Shown here one piece after another: positions 56,182 to 64,000 of a stretch of DNA of 64,000 bases. The stretch spans positions 62,001-126,000 of the IMG/VR virus record IMGVR_UViG_3300037054_000148. One strand, written 5' to 3'. Position numbers and translations under genes: made by a program. The notes below the pieces were generated by a model. The model was not told the origin of the DNA and did no database searches. It saw only the letters and a program-made list of their open reading frames with translations. Position 1 is the first letter of the stretch. Each line of letters begins with the position of its first letter.

Positions 56182-58713
56182 ATGCGTTCTAACAGACTTA
56201 ACAACCGATTAAACAAAATGGCCCTTGAACAGACCGATAAAAAGGACTGGCCCAAGGATGAGACCTTGGAAGAGCTTGACGTTCCAGGTAACAAAGCCGT
56301 GGCAGTTTCAAAGGGTGCGGGTGCCGCCTGTCAGTGTGGCACCAGTGGCTGCCCTGGTTGTGACAAAGATAAGAAAGCCTCTGGTTGCACTTGTGGTAAA
56401 CCCGGCTGCCCTGATTGTGGAACAAACAAGAATGCTGACTGGATTGGTGATCTTATCAAGCAAACCGTGCAGTACCTAACACAACACCGGAATGACCCTG
56501 ATTTGAACCAGAAGGTCCAAGCTCTCCCGATTGCCCGTAAGGTTGGCCCTGCCGCTCTTCAGAATCCCGTTAGCCAGTTCGTGCAGGACGGGAACTCCTC
56601 AGCCCTGATTGGGGAACTTGAAACTATTGTCCAAGGCAAACGGACAACTGCATCTAAAAAGAAAGCTGAGGAGTCCTCCGTGGAGATTGATGCCCCCAAG
56701 AAAACAGAAACCCCAGGTGAACAGCCGGAGGGCTTTATTGACCCGAAACGTCCCGTTCCTGCTGAAAAGCCAGTCAAACCCTCTGCTGATAATACCCCCA
56801 AAGCGGCCAATCCAGAACTTTCTGGCACTCATCGTCGCGTGAAGTTGGATGAGAAGACTGAAGCGGAGCCAGCCCCCTCTGCATGGTCAGTGGACAACAC
56901 TCGTGAGCTTCAGCACAAAGCTGCGGGTAATTTTGACACGAAGAAGCCCACTGAGGCTAAAACCAACCCAGCCCCCTCTACGTATGCGGTTGATAACACC
57001 CGTGAAATGCGTCATGAGACGAAGGAACTCACCACTGAAGAACAGGATCAGATGAAGCGTAAGAATAGTTCTGATTTGGAAGTGTTTACCCCTAAGACTG
57101 CTGAAGAAGTTGACATGATCGTTGAGGCTTCTGGCTCATGGGTCGGCCATCGTCTTGCCACTGGCACTTTCCAAAGAGGAATGCCTTCGTTCATCTTGAA
57201 TGCCTCTGAAGCAGTGGCCGTAATCTCCGCACAGGGTGATGTGTTTGACGCTCAGTCAACTTCTCCCACTAACAAGTACGCATCTATTCTAAACCCCACT
57301 GAAGCCACTAAAAAGGCAGCAGCAGGCGGCTCCTCTGAGGAACCCGAATCTGAGGAAGAGACCTCCGTTGATACGGTTGTGGTCTCCTTACTTGAAGCCT
57401 GCAAGACTGAGTGGACTAACCTTGGTGATCCAGTCAACCCCGCTACTTGGCCGAAAGAAATTGACCGTGCCCTTTTGAGCCTTAATGATGAGCTTGTAGC
57501 CGCCATTAAGAAGGTTGAGGACAAGCTAGTTGAGGGTGAGTTCTACAGCAAGAACGTTGATGAAGGTCTAGAAGGCGGAGGTAGCTCTGTCGGAGTTGGC
57601 TCCCTGAACATTGCTCCGGGTGAGGAAGAGGTTCCAGAGTCCCCAGAATCCATGGATATGGGAGAGGAGGGCCTTCCTGAAGAAGACGGGCTCAACACCG
57701 CAGCAGATGAAGAAGACGAGGCCCTCCTTCCGGAGGCTCCGAAAACGGGCGGTTTGAAGAGTGCGGCAGCTAAAACAGCCGTAGAATTTCCTGATGTCAC
57801 CAGTGCAGAGACCCGTAAAGCCCTGAAATTCACGCAGTCATTGAAAGATGATATTGCTGATAAATTCTTCGAATTCAAGAAAATCGTCCAGGAGGCGAAT
57901 GATTCTTCTCTGATTAAAAACGTGGGAGAAACCTTTGTCGGCCTGAAAACCAAACTAGAAGATGTGGAAAAAATTCTGAGCAAACAGCTTCAGGTTCTGG
58001 AGACCGCTGAGTCAGCCATTCAGGACAAGAAAGACTTGAATGGTAAGAAATCCTTCCTTATGGCCGATGGCGGAACTCCTTGCGAAAAATGTGGCGAAAT
58101 GGTCATGCACTCTCCTTATGGGAAGGCGGAGGGTTCCGTTATTTGCGAGAAGTGCAAGAACGAAAAGAAAGAGCCCAAGACCTCTTCGGATGAGCGTGAT
58201 AGCGAGTCTGACCATGAAGGCACGATTGAGAAGCAGGCCAATCAGTATATCGTGAACCGTCCTGGTAAGGACTCAGAGGGTAACGAAGCCCCCTGGTGCA
58301 TCCTTCAGAAGGGCACTGGTAAGATCCTTAGTCGTCACAAGACTGAAAAGCTAGCGGAGGAGTCCTTCTCTGGTATGGAGAGCAGCAAGCATGGCTCTAC
58401 TACTAAAACAGCAGCCTGCCCAGTTTGTGGGGCTACGGTGATGCAGAATGGTAAGGACACAAACGGTGTGCTCTGCCCTAATTGCGCCAATAAGCCCTCT
58501 ACGCAGGCTCCTGGAGCCCCTCAGAATACGACTCCAGCCGCACCTAAACTGCCCCAGAACGGACCAGTCAGTCCATCTCCAATCAAGCAGTATGGCTCCA
58601 AGTCCAAGTCCAAGTTTAATGGATTGAATCTCGCTGCGGCAGATGGGGTGCATGAGGGAGAAGTTATGGATGCGTTCGACAGCCAAGTGGCCCTAAAATC
58701 TCACCAGAGCTAA
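56182..58713 (+). CDS. Large acidic multi-module internal head protein (KxA-punctuated, Zn-ribbon modules)
   Basis: 843 aa; paired CxCG..GCPxC; duplicated APS...VDNTRE..H; CEKC/CPVC ribbons; many KKA/KTA/KAA/KQA junctions. Confidence 0.5.
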   Translation: MRSNRLNNRLNKMALEQTDKKDWPKDETLEELDVPGNKAVAVSKGAGAACQCGTSGCPGCDKDKKASGCTCGKPGCPDCGTNKNADWIGDLIKQTVQYLTQHRNDPDLNQKVQALPIARKVGPAALQNPVSQFVQDGNSSALIGELETIVQGKRTTASKKKAEESSVEIDAPKKTETPGEQPEGFIDPKRPVPAEKPVKPSADNTPKAANPELSGTHRRVKLDEKTEAEPAPSAWSVDNTRELQHKAAGNFDTKKPTEAKTNPAPSTYAVDNTREMRHETKELTTEEQDQMKRKNSSDLEVFTPKTAEEVDMIVEASGSWVGHRLATGTFQRGMPSFILNASEAVAVISAQGDVFDAQSTSPTNKYASILNPTEATKKAAAGGSSEEPESEEETSVDTVVVSLLEACKTEWTNLGDPVNPATWPKEIDRALLSLNDELVAAIKKVEDKLVEGEFYSKNVDEGLEGGGSSVGVGSLNIAPGEEEVPESPESMDMGEEGLPEEDGLNTAADEEDEALLPEAPKTGGLKSAAAKTAVEFPDVTSAETRKALKFTQSLKDDIADKFFEFKKIVQEANDSSLIKNVGETFVGLKTKLEDVEKILSKQLQVLETAESAIQDKKDLNGKKSFLMADGGTPCEKCGEMVMHSPYGKAEGSVICEKCKNEKKEPKTSSDERDSESDHEGTIEKQANQYIVNRPGKDSEGNEAPWCILQKGTGKILSRHKTEKLAEESFSGMESSKHGSTTKTAACPVCGATVMQNGKDTNGVLCPNCANKPSTQAPGAPQNTTPAAPKLPQNGPVSPSPIKQYGSKSKSKFNGLNLAAADGVHEGEVMDAFDSQVALKSHQS

Positions 58714-58760
58714 ACAGTAAGTCATAAAGTTGGAATATGCAGTTCTCTGAAGAGACCCTC

Positions 58761-59561
58761 ATGAACAAAGACCTCACAAAACAGACTGGAGTTTACCTCA
58801 TTCGTAATGTGGTTAATGGAAAGCTGTATGTGGGGTCAACTCAGAATTTTAAATTTAGATGGCAGACACATCAAAGCCTGCTGAAAAGAGGAAAACATCA
58901 CTCTTGGAAATTGCAAAAAGATTTCAACTTTTATGGCATAGATTCTTTCGAATTTAAGCCCTTACTTATCTGTGAGATAAAAGACTTGGAATTTTTTGAA
59001 CAAAGGACTATTGAAAAGTTTAATGTTGTGAGTGATGGCTATAATGTTAGTGATTGTGTTGAAGCGCCATTTAGAGGTAGAGAGCACTCAGATGAGACTA
59101 AGAGACAGATAGCCGAGGCAGGATTAGGTAATCAGAATGCAAAAGGAAGTAAAAGTCGCATAGGGCAAGTTAATAGTGAAGAGCATCGTCAAAAAATTTC
59201 TAAGGCCCAAAAGGGGTGTAAACGAGACCCGGAGTTAGTTAAAAGGTCTGCGGATAAGCTAAGGGGTCGTGTGGGGGAGCAACACCACACTGAGAAAACA
59301 AAAACTAAGCTATCTGAAATCCAAAAAGTAATTCAAAGTAAACGAGTGAAGCAACCGGCTGCTGGAATGCACCACTCAGAAGAAACAAGACTTGAAATGT
59401 CTCGTAAACGTAAAGGAGTTGGTAAGTCAGAAGAAGCTCGTGCCAACATGATTAAGTCTTGGGAAAAGCGCAAAGCTACCGGACTTCATACTCGTCGCTG
59501 GTATTTATTTAGGGGCTTGGAAGTCCCCGTTGAACTTTCCACTGAATTAGATAACCAATAA
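58761..59561 (+). CDS. GIY-YIG homing endonuclease with NUMOD3 repeats
   Basis: TGVYLIRN..NGKLYVGST...RW..H...LQKDFNFYG...EQ; HSDETK, HSEETR; start ambiguous (58737 or 58761). Confidence 0.9.
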   Translation: MNKDLTKQTGVYLIRNVVNGKLYVGSTQNFKFRWQTHQSLLKRGKHHSWKLQKDFNFYGIDSFEFKPLLICEIKDLEFFEQRTIEKFNVVSDGYNVSDCVEAPFRGREHSDETKRQIAEAGLGNQNAKGSKSRIGQVNSEEHRQKISKAQKGCKRDPELVKRSADKLRGRVGEQHHTEKTKTKLSEIQKVIQSKRVKQPAAGMHHSEETRLEMSRKRKGVGKSEEARANMIKSWEKRKATGLHTRRWYLFRGLEVPVELSTELDNQ

Positions 59562-59575
59562 GGAGTTTATCAAAA

Positions 59576-60262
59576 ATGGCTAACTCACCTTTCACTGATT
59601 CCTATCTTTATAGGCAAGGAACAACTGCGCAGACAAAAACAGTAATCTCCAGCCGCTTCAAGATTTTTACCCATGCGGTAGGAGTCGGCAAATTTGTGAA
59701 GATGGGTGTCACTTCCAGCTTCAATATCTCAGAATCAAAGAATGTGGAAGCCATTCGCGGTCTGGGTTATGGTGACATCGTTGCCGAGCTTGTGCCCGGT
59801 ATCACCCAGCCGATGACGCTGACGATTAACCGCACCGCACTCTACCTTGCCAACATCATGCAGATGTTGGGTTACAAGGCCGGTGTGAGCGGCTTGGTCC
59901 GTAGCCTCAAACATCACAAATGGCCATTTGATATTAAGACCGAGATTGCGTTCAGTGAACTCGCTTCTATGGCCCAGAACGTAGGTCAGGCAGACTTGGC
60001 AGACGTAGCCGCTGAGGGGGGGCTTAACAACACTGGTAACCCCGGCCTCTACGCAGTTGTCACGATCTATGAGGGCTGCTGGATGGAGTCCTATACCAGC
60101 AACTTCCAGATTGAGCAGGCAGCCGTTACTGAAGATGCAACTATCATCGTCACTGATGTGTTTGATGTCAACGGATCAGTCTATGGCGACTTCATTGACT
60201 CTGGTCTGGCCCCTTCCGATGTGACTGGTGCTTCGCTCCTCTTCTCTGGTGCTACTTCCTAA
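59576..60262 (+). CDS. Tail tube protein
   Basis: 228 aa; TAAGGAG RBS; IRGLGYGD...ELVPG...TLTINRTALY...PFDI...TIYEGCWMESY tube pattern. Confidence 0.75.
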   Translation: MANSPFTDSYLYRQGTTAQTKTVISSRFKIFTHAVGVGKFVKMGVTSSFNISESKNVEAIRGLGYGDIVAELVPGITQPMTLTINRTALYLANIMQMLGYKAGVSGLVRSLKHHKWPFDIKTEIAFSELASMAQNVGQADLADVAAEGGLNNTGNPGLYAVVTIYEGCWMESYTSNFQIEQAAVTEDATIIVTDVFDVNGSVYGDFIDSGLAPSDVTGASLLFSGATS

Positions 60263-60927
60263 TGAACGAATTACTTAAGAAGCACTCGCCCTCAGCCAAT
60301 AAAGAGGCGGGTGCTTCTCTGCTTGTTCGTAAAGAAGCTGTGGATGCACTGCTGACTGAGATGGCTAGACCCGGTGTAGGCACTACCTATGACCGTGACT
60401 ACCAGACTAAGCACCAGAATCCGTATGCTGATTCTCGTTTTGATGAAGTCCCAGTCCAGGGTGATCCCAAGGAAGCGTCTGACCCCAATGCTAGAATGCT
60501 TCAAACGGATATGGTGGATGGACATGAGCGTCATTATCCTCAGAAAGATAAGAAAATCATGTCAGAAACTACAAAGGAAGAGCTTGGAGACGAGCAGGGT
60601 GAGGACTGGATCCATCATCACAGCAGTCTGACGGCCAAGAACCACTCCTATGACTTTGAGTCAGATCGCAATAAGAAAATTGCGAATAGGGTGGCAGCTA
60701 ACCGTTATTTTAAGCAGTATGTTTCGGCTGAAAACGTCAAAACTAATAATGACATTTTGATGGTCAATATCCCTCGCGGAAAAGTTGCTCAGGCGGAATT
60801 CGGGCCTACAACTATGGTCCGCATGGAGCGGGAACTCTCCACAACTTTAAATGTACGTGCTAAGTATGCACATGTAGTGCTCAACGCTGGCTTCGATGGA
60901 GTCTGCTTCGAGTTCATGTTGGTGTAA
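60262..60927 (+). CDS. Hypothetical (probable head-associated) protein
   Basis: 221 aa; TAATG coupling to tube gene; KEA/KIA/KVA motifs. Confidence 0.5.
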   Translation: MNELLKKHSPSANKEAGASLLVRKEAVDALLTEMARPGVGTTYDRDYQTKHQNPYADSRFDEVPVQGDPKEASDPNARMLQTDMVDGHERHYPQKDKKIMSETTKEELGDEQGEDWIHHHSSLTAKNHSYDFESDRNKKIANRVAANRYFKQYVSAENVKTNNDILMVNIPRGKVAQAEFGPTTMVRMERELSTTLNVRAKYAHVVLNAGFDGVCFEFMLV

Positions 60928-60928
60928 G

Positions 60929-61777
60929 ATGTTGAAAAAGCAAGCAACTGGCATCATCTCAGACCCTATAATTAGCCTTCAGCAGTGGGATAGCCTGCAT
61001 GGAGCAAAATTTGGGCATAAGAACGCCTCATTCTCCAAAATCGCTGGCAATACTTCCAAATACTTGCTCTCTCACGTGACTATTATGGCCTCTGTGATGT
61101 GTGAAAAAGAGCCGTCAGATTGGCTGATTGTCCCAGAGTGTTCTTATCTGGTCAACAATAATGATGACGGCTGGGAAAATGAAGTCTTGAAACTCAGTTA
61201 TCGCAGCTTTGTTGGTGCATTCAACTTTCTTGAACATTACCAGAATTCCAAAGCAGCAAAAGGGCACATTCTTGACGCCGTATTGAGAAAAATCAGAATC
61301 AGTGGTGAGGTCTGGGTCTACTTCGTAGACCTTTTGGTGGCTACTGATTTGGCTCATGAGGATCTTGTCAGCAAGATTAGAAGTGAGAAAGTCAAATACC
61401 TATCCATGGGTTGCGTGACTGATTTGGTCATCTGCTCCTATTGTGGGCAACGAGTTACGGACAATGGTAACTACTGCTCTCACCTTCAATATAATAAAGG
61501 CTCTTTTCTCCCTGATGAGGATGGTATTCCTCGTCGCGTTGCAGAGCTTTGTGGACATAGATCTTTACCTAACGGTGGGGTCAAATTCATCGAAGCATCA
61601 TGGGTAGCGATCCCTGCTTTCCCTGGTGCCTCCCTTCGAACTATCATTTCCACTGAGTGGGAAGGTCCGAAAACTGCCTATACAAAAGACGCTGGGTATG
61701 CAAGCAAAGCCGCATCCCAACTCATTCTACCCAAACCTGATGCGGTCTATGCCGAATTGGGTAGGTTGAAGATGTAG
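60929..61777 (+). CDS. Prohead maturation protease with Zn-finger insertion
   Basis: FLEH...KGHILDA, LSMGC, CSYCG...CSHL, FIEASWVAIPAF (HK97/assemblin-like E.S.V..PA); ATG 60929. Confidence 0.65.
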   Translation: MLKKQATGIISDPIISLQQWDSLHGAKFGHKNASFSKIAGNTSKYLLSHVTIMASVMCEKEPSDWLIVPECSYLVNNNDDGWENEVLKLSYRSFVGAFNFLEHYQNSKAAKGHILDAVLRKIRISGEVWVYFVDLLVATDLAHEDLVSKIRSEKVKYLSMGCVTDLVICSYCGQRVTDNGNYCSHLQYNKGSFLPDEDGIPRRVAELCGHRSLPNGGVKFIEASWVAIPAFPGASLRTIISTEWEGPKTAYTKDAGYASKAASQLILPKPDAVYAELGRLKM

Positions 61778-61862
61778 TACCTTTACTAAAACTAGAGAGT
61801 TTACAAACTTTCTGAATCAAGGAATAGAGAGCCTATTTCACCACCAAAAAGGAGTCAGAACC

Positions 61863-63122
61863 ATGGCCGAAGATCGTAAGTCCCTGAAAGAACGCCTCGC
61901 TAGCATCCGAGAAACAAAGCAGTCTACCCATAAGGAAGCTAAGATTCGCGTAGCCTCTGCATGGACGCTTGCCAAGTCGCTGCTTCCGACCGCTCCGAAT
62001 GAAATCCAGTACAAACTCGCTTCCTCACTCTTGGCGAATAGCACCAAGTCGTTGACCGCAATGTTGCGTCAGACGGCTATCAATGCTCATTATACCAAGG
62101 TCGCTGAGAAGTTCGAACAGGTACACAAAGTCGAACTCAATGAATTCCTTGAAGATGAGTCCTTCCTCAAGAAGATGAAGGGTGAAGTCGAGAAGGAATT
62201 GAAGAGTGAGCCTAAGTCAGCCAAGTTGAAGAAGGCTGATGAAACTGAAGAGCCCAAGGATGAGGCTCCGAAGGATGAGGCTCCGAAGGATGAGGGAGTG
62301 CCCCCAATGGACGAAATGCCCCCAGAGGGTGATGTTCCCCCAGTTGACGAGGCTATGCCCCCAGTTGACGAGACGACTCCTCCAATGGATGAGACGACGC
62401 CCCCTGAAGGTGGTGCCCCTGCGGGTGAGCCTATTCCTGACGAAAAGAAGCAGGAACTCCAAGAAAAGATCGATAATCTTGAAGCTGATGTTACTTCCCT
62501 TGAGGAAGCGATTGAAGGCGAAGAGGAACTCGATTTCACCAAGATCTTCAATGAAGACGACATGGGCGACAAGACCGATGCGTTGGCGAATGAGGGTGAG
62601 GGCGAAGAGTTCGGTGAAGATGGTCTTCCAGTCGAAGCTGATGGTGGTGCAGGATTCTTCGGATCCGAGCCCAATGAGCTTGAAGAGGGTGGAGCAACCG
62701 CATCCCCAGAGGATTTCTTCCACCATGCATCTCGTTACGACATCTCTTCCCTTGATGTGTTGCTTGCCGATCAGAAGGTAGCCGCAAAGGTCCAGGGTGT
62801 GGATGATCCAATTGTCGAGCGTGGCGATATGGCTGACGACCTTCTGAATGAAGGCGGAGTGCCAGACGCTGAGGAAGATCATGAAGATGTGATTCTTTAT
62901 GAGGTTCTGAAGACCCTGGGTGTGGATAAGTATGATCCGGGTGCCAAGCGTGAGGGTGAGCCCAAGCTCGAACCCCCAAAGAAGTCTGTCGCCTCCAAGG
63001 CCCCTGCCAAGCCAGCCTCCAAGGCCGCTTCAATCCGCAGTCTCGGCAATGTCAAGACCGCCACGGATATGAGTAAAGAACAGGCAATGCTTGCCAATCT
63101 TGTCTTCACGGACGACATCTAA
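61863..63122 (+). CDS. Capsid scaffold-like acidic coiled-coil protein
   Basis: 419 aa; AAGGAG RBS; EAPKD and PP(M/V)DE repeats; coiled coil; follows protease. Confidence 0.55.
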   Translation: MAEDRKSLKERLASIRETKQSTHKEAKIRVASAWTLAKSLLPTAPNEIQYKLASSLLANSTKSLTAMLRQTAINAHYTKVAEKFEQVHKVELNEFLEDESFLKKMKGEVEKELKSEPKSAKLKKADETEEPKDEAPKDEAPKDEGVPPMDEMPPEGDVPPVDEAMPPVDETTPPMDETTPPEGGAPAGEPIPDEKKQELQEKIDNLEADVTSLEEAIEGEEELDFTKIFNEDDMGDKTDALANEGEGEEFGEDGLPVEADGGAGFFGSEPNELEEGGATASPEDFFHHASRYDISSLDVLLADQKVAAKVQGVDDPIVERGDMADDLLNEGGVPDAEEDHEDVILYEVLKTLGVDKYDPGAKREGEPKLEPPKKSVASKAPAKPASKAASIRSLGNVKTATDMSKEQAMLANLVFTDDI

Positions 63123-63148
63123 ACAGTAGGCAAATAGCTCTCTGAACT

Positions 63149-63178
63149 ATCAGCCCCTCTTACGAGGGGCTGATTTTT
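63149..63178 (+). terminator. Rho-independent terminator
   Basis: ATCAGCCCCTC-TTAC-GAGGGGCTGAT perfect 11-bp stem followed by TTTT. Confidence 0.75.
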
Positions 63179-63631
63179 ATGTGGACGAATGAAAGCGAAA
63201 CTTGGGAGTTGATTTATATTCTTAAAGAAAAGAAGATGATGACTTCCAGGATTTGGAATTCGCTTAAACAGCGAACCTCTACGGCCAAGTTTTACTACTT
63301 CACCAGTCGTAATGGTTTTCAATTCTTTCAAAATAGAGTTTATACGGCTCAATATGTTAGAAATTGGATGTGGGTCTACGAACAGTTTAAGAACAAACTT
63401 TCTAACCCTAACGCCAATTACATGAATGTAAAATATCAGGTTAGTGTGGAAGACGTAGAGCACCCAGAAGGCTGTAAATGGGCCGAAGTAACTGGCCTAA
63501 ACCTGGATGATATGGACTCCCTCTCCAGTCAGTGCGACACCTTCGCCTATCAGAGTGATGCGGAGCCGAAGGTGCTCAGGGAGTTCCCGTTGACCACATT
63601 TACTCAAAATAAGGCGGAATTGCTGTATTAA
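63179..63631 (+). CDS. Hypothetical protein (start uncertain)
   Basis: 150 aa ORF; no RBS before the first ATG; no motif recognised. Confidence 0.4.
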   Translation: MWTNESETWELIYILKEKKMMTSRIWNSLKQRTSTAKFYYFTSRNGFQFFQNRVYTAQYVRNWMWVYEQFKNKLSNPNANYMNVKYQVSVEDVEHPEGCKWAEVTGLNLDDMDSLSSQCDTFAYQSDAEPKVLREFPLTTFTQNKAELLY

Positions 63632-63633
63632 CT

Positions 63634-64000
63634 CTATCTAGTTAATGACCAGCCCTCGTTCAAATAGTAATCAATCTGCTGATTTCTCACTCGCTTATAC
63701 TTCTGTCCCTTATACATTTTTATTGTATTAGCAAACATTTCTTTCATTGATTGTCTCCACTCCTCATTGTTGGCCACATTATTATTCCCGCGCTTCTTTG
63801 CAATGGCTGACATTTTTTGTTTAGTTTCTTTCGAGCGTTTCACTCCAAGCTGAGACCCAGCGGTTACACAGGTATTATATAGTTCCACTCCATCAGATTT
63901 CAGTTTTTCCAACCAATACTGCTCTCTAAGCAGGAGAGCTTCTCGGGTGGGCTCAGTAACCTCTATAACTGACCATTGGAATGCGTTGACTCCATATCTT
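63634..64000 (-). CDS. GIY-YIG homing endonuclease, 5' part outside window
   Basis: Frame extends to the window edge: RYGVNAFQWSVIE...REQYWLEKL...LYN.C.TAGS.LG.KRS.ETKQKMS, homologous to the other GIY-YIG genes. Confidence 0.8.
   Translation of the reverse strand, partial: RYGVNAFQWSVIEVTEPTREALLLREQYWLEKLKSDGVELYNTCVTAGSQLGVKRSKETKQKMSAIAKKRGNNNVANNEEWRQSMKEMFANTIKMYKGQKYKRVRNQQIDYYLNEGWSLTR

Noticed and set aside
62090-63033. Overlapping alternative-frame ORFs in the scaffold gene
   Set aside because: Low-complexity shadows of the acidic repeat region.

Overview
A gene-dense 64 kb segment of a large contractile-tailed (myovirus-like, probably jumbo) dsDNA phage genome in the standard genetic code, almost entirely virion morphogenesis genes. 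On the + strand, 1-33.4 kb holds a baseplate block (tube-like/initiator, hub, gp5/VgrG-like spike), a long appendage/fibre block with two very large Gly-X-Thr collagen-like proteins, a duplicated three-gene A-B-c cassette and a 1328 aa repeat protein. On the - strand, 33.4-39.6 kb is a four-gene glycosyltransferase/methyltransferase operon (3 GT and 4 SAM-MTase domains, including one MTase-GT2-TPR-GT9 fusion). 39.6-45.3 kb has an SprT-like metallopeptidase, a dNMP kinase and an intein-containing UvrD/PcrA helicase. 45.3-63.6 kb has neck/connector genes, a 1291 aa tail sheath, tail tube, a KxA-punctuated internal head protein, a prohead protease and a scaffold-like protein. Eight free-standing homing endonuclease genes (7 GIY-YIG, 1 HNH) sit at gene junctions. 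The best candidate for an undescribed system is phage-encoded glycosylation and methylation of Thr-rich collagen virion fibres (an exosporium-like glycan nap), together with modular, duplicated fibre-tip cassettes. All calls come from reading motifs by eye; no database searches were run. No tRNA, rRNA or CRISPR array was recognised.
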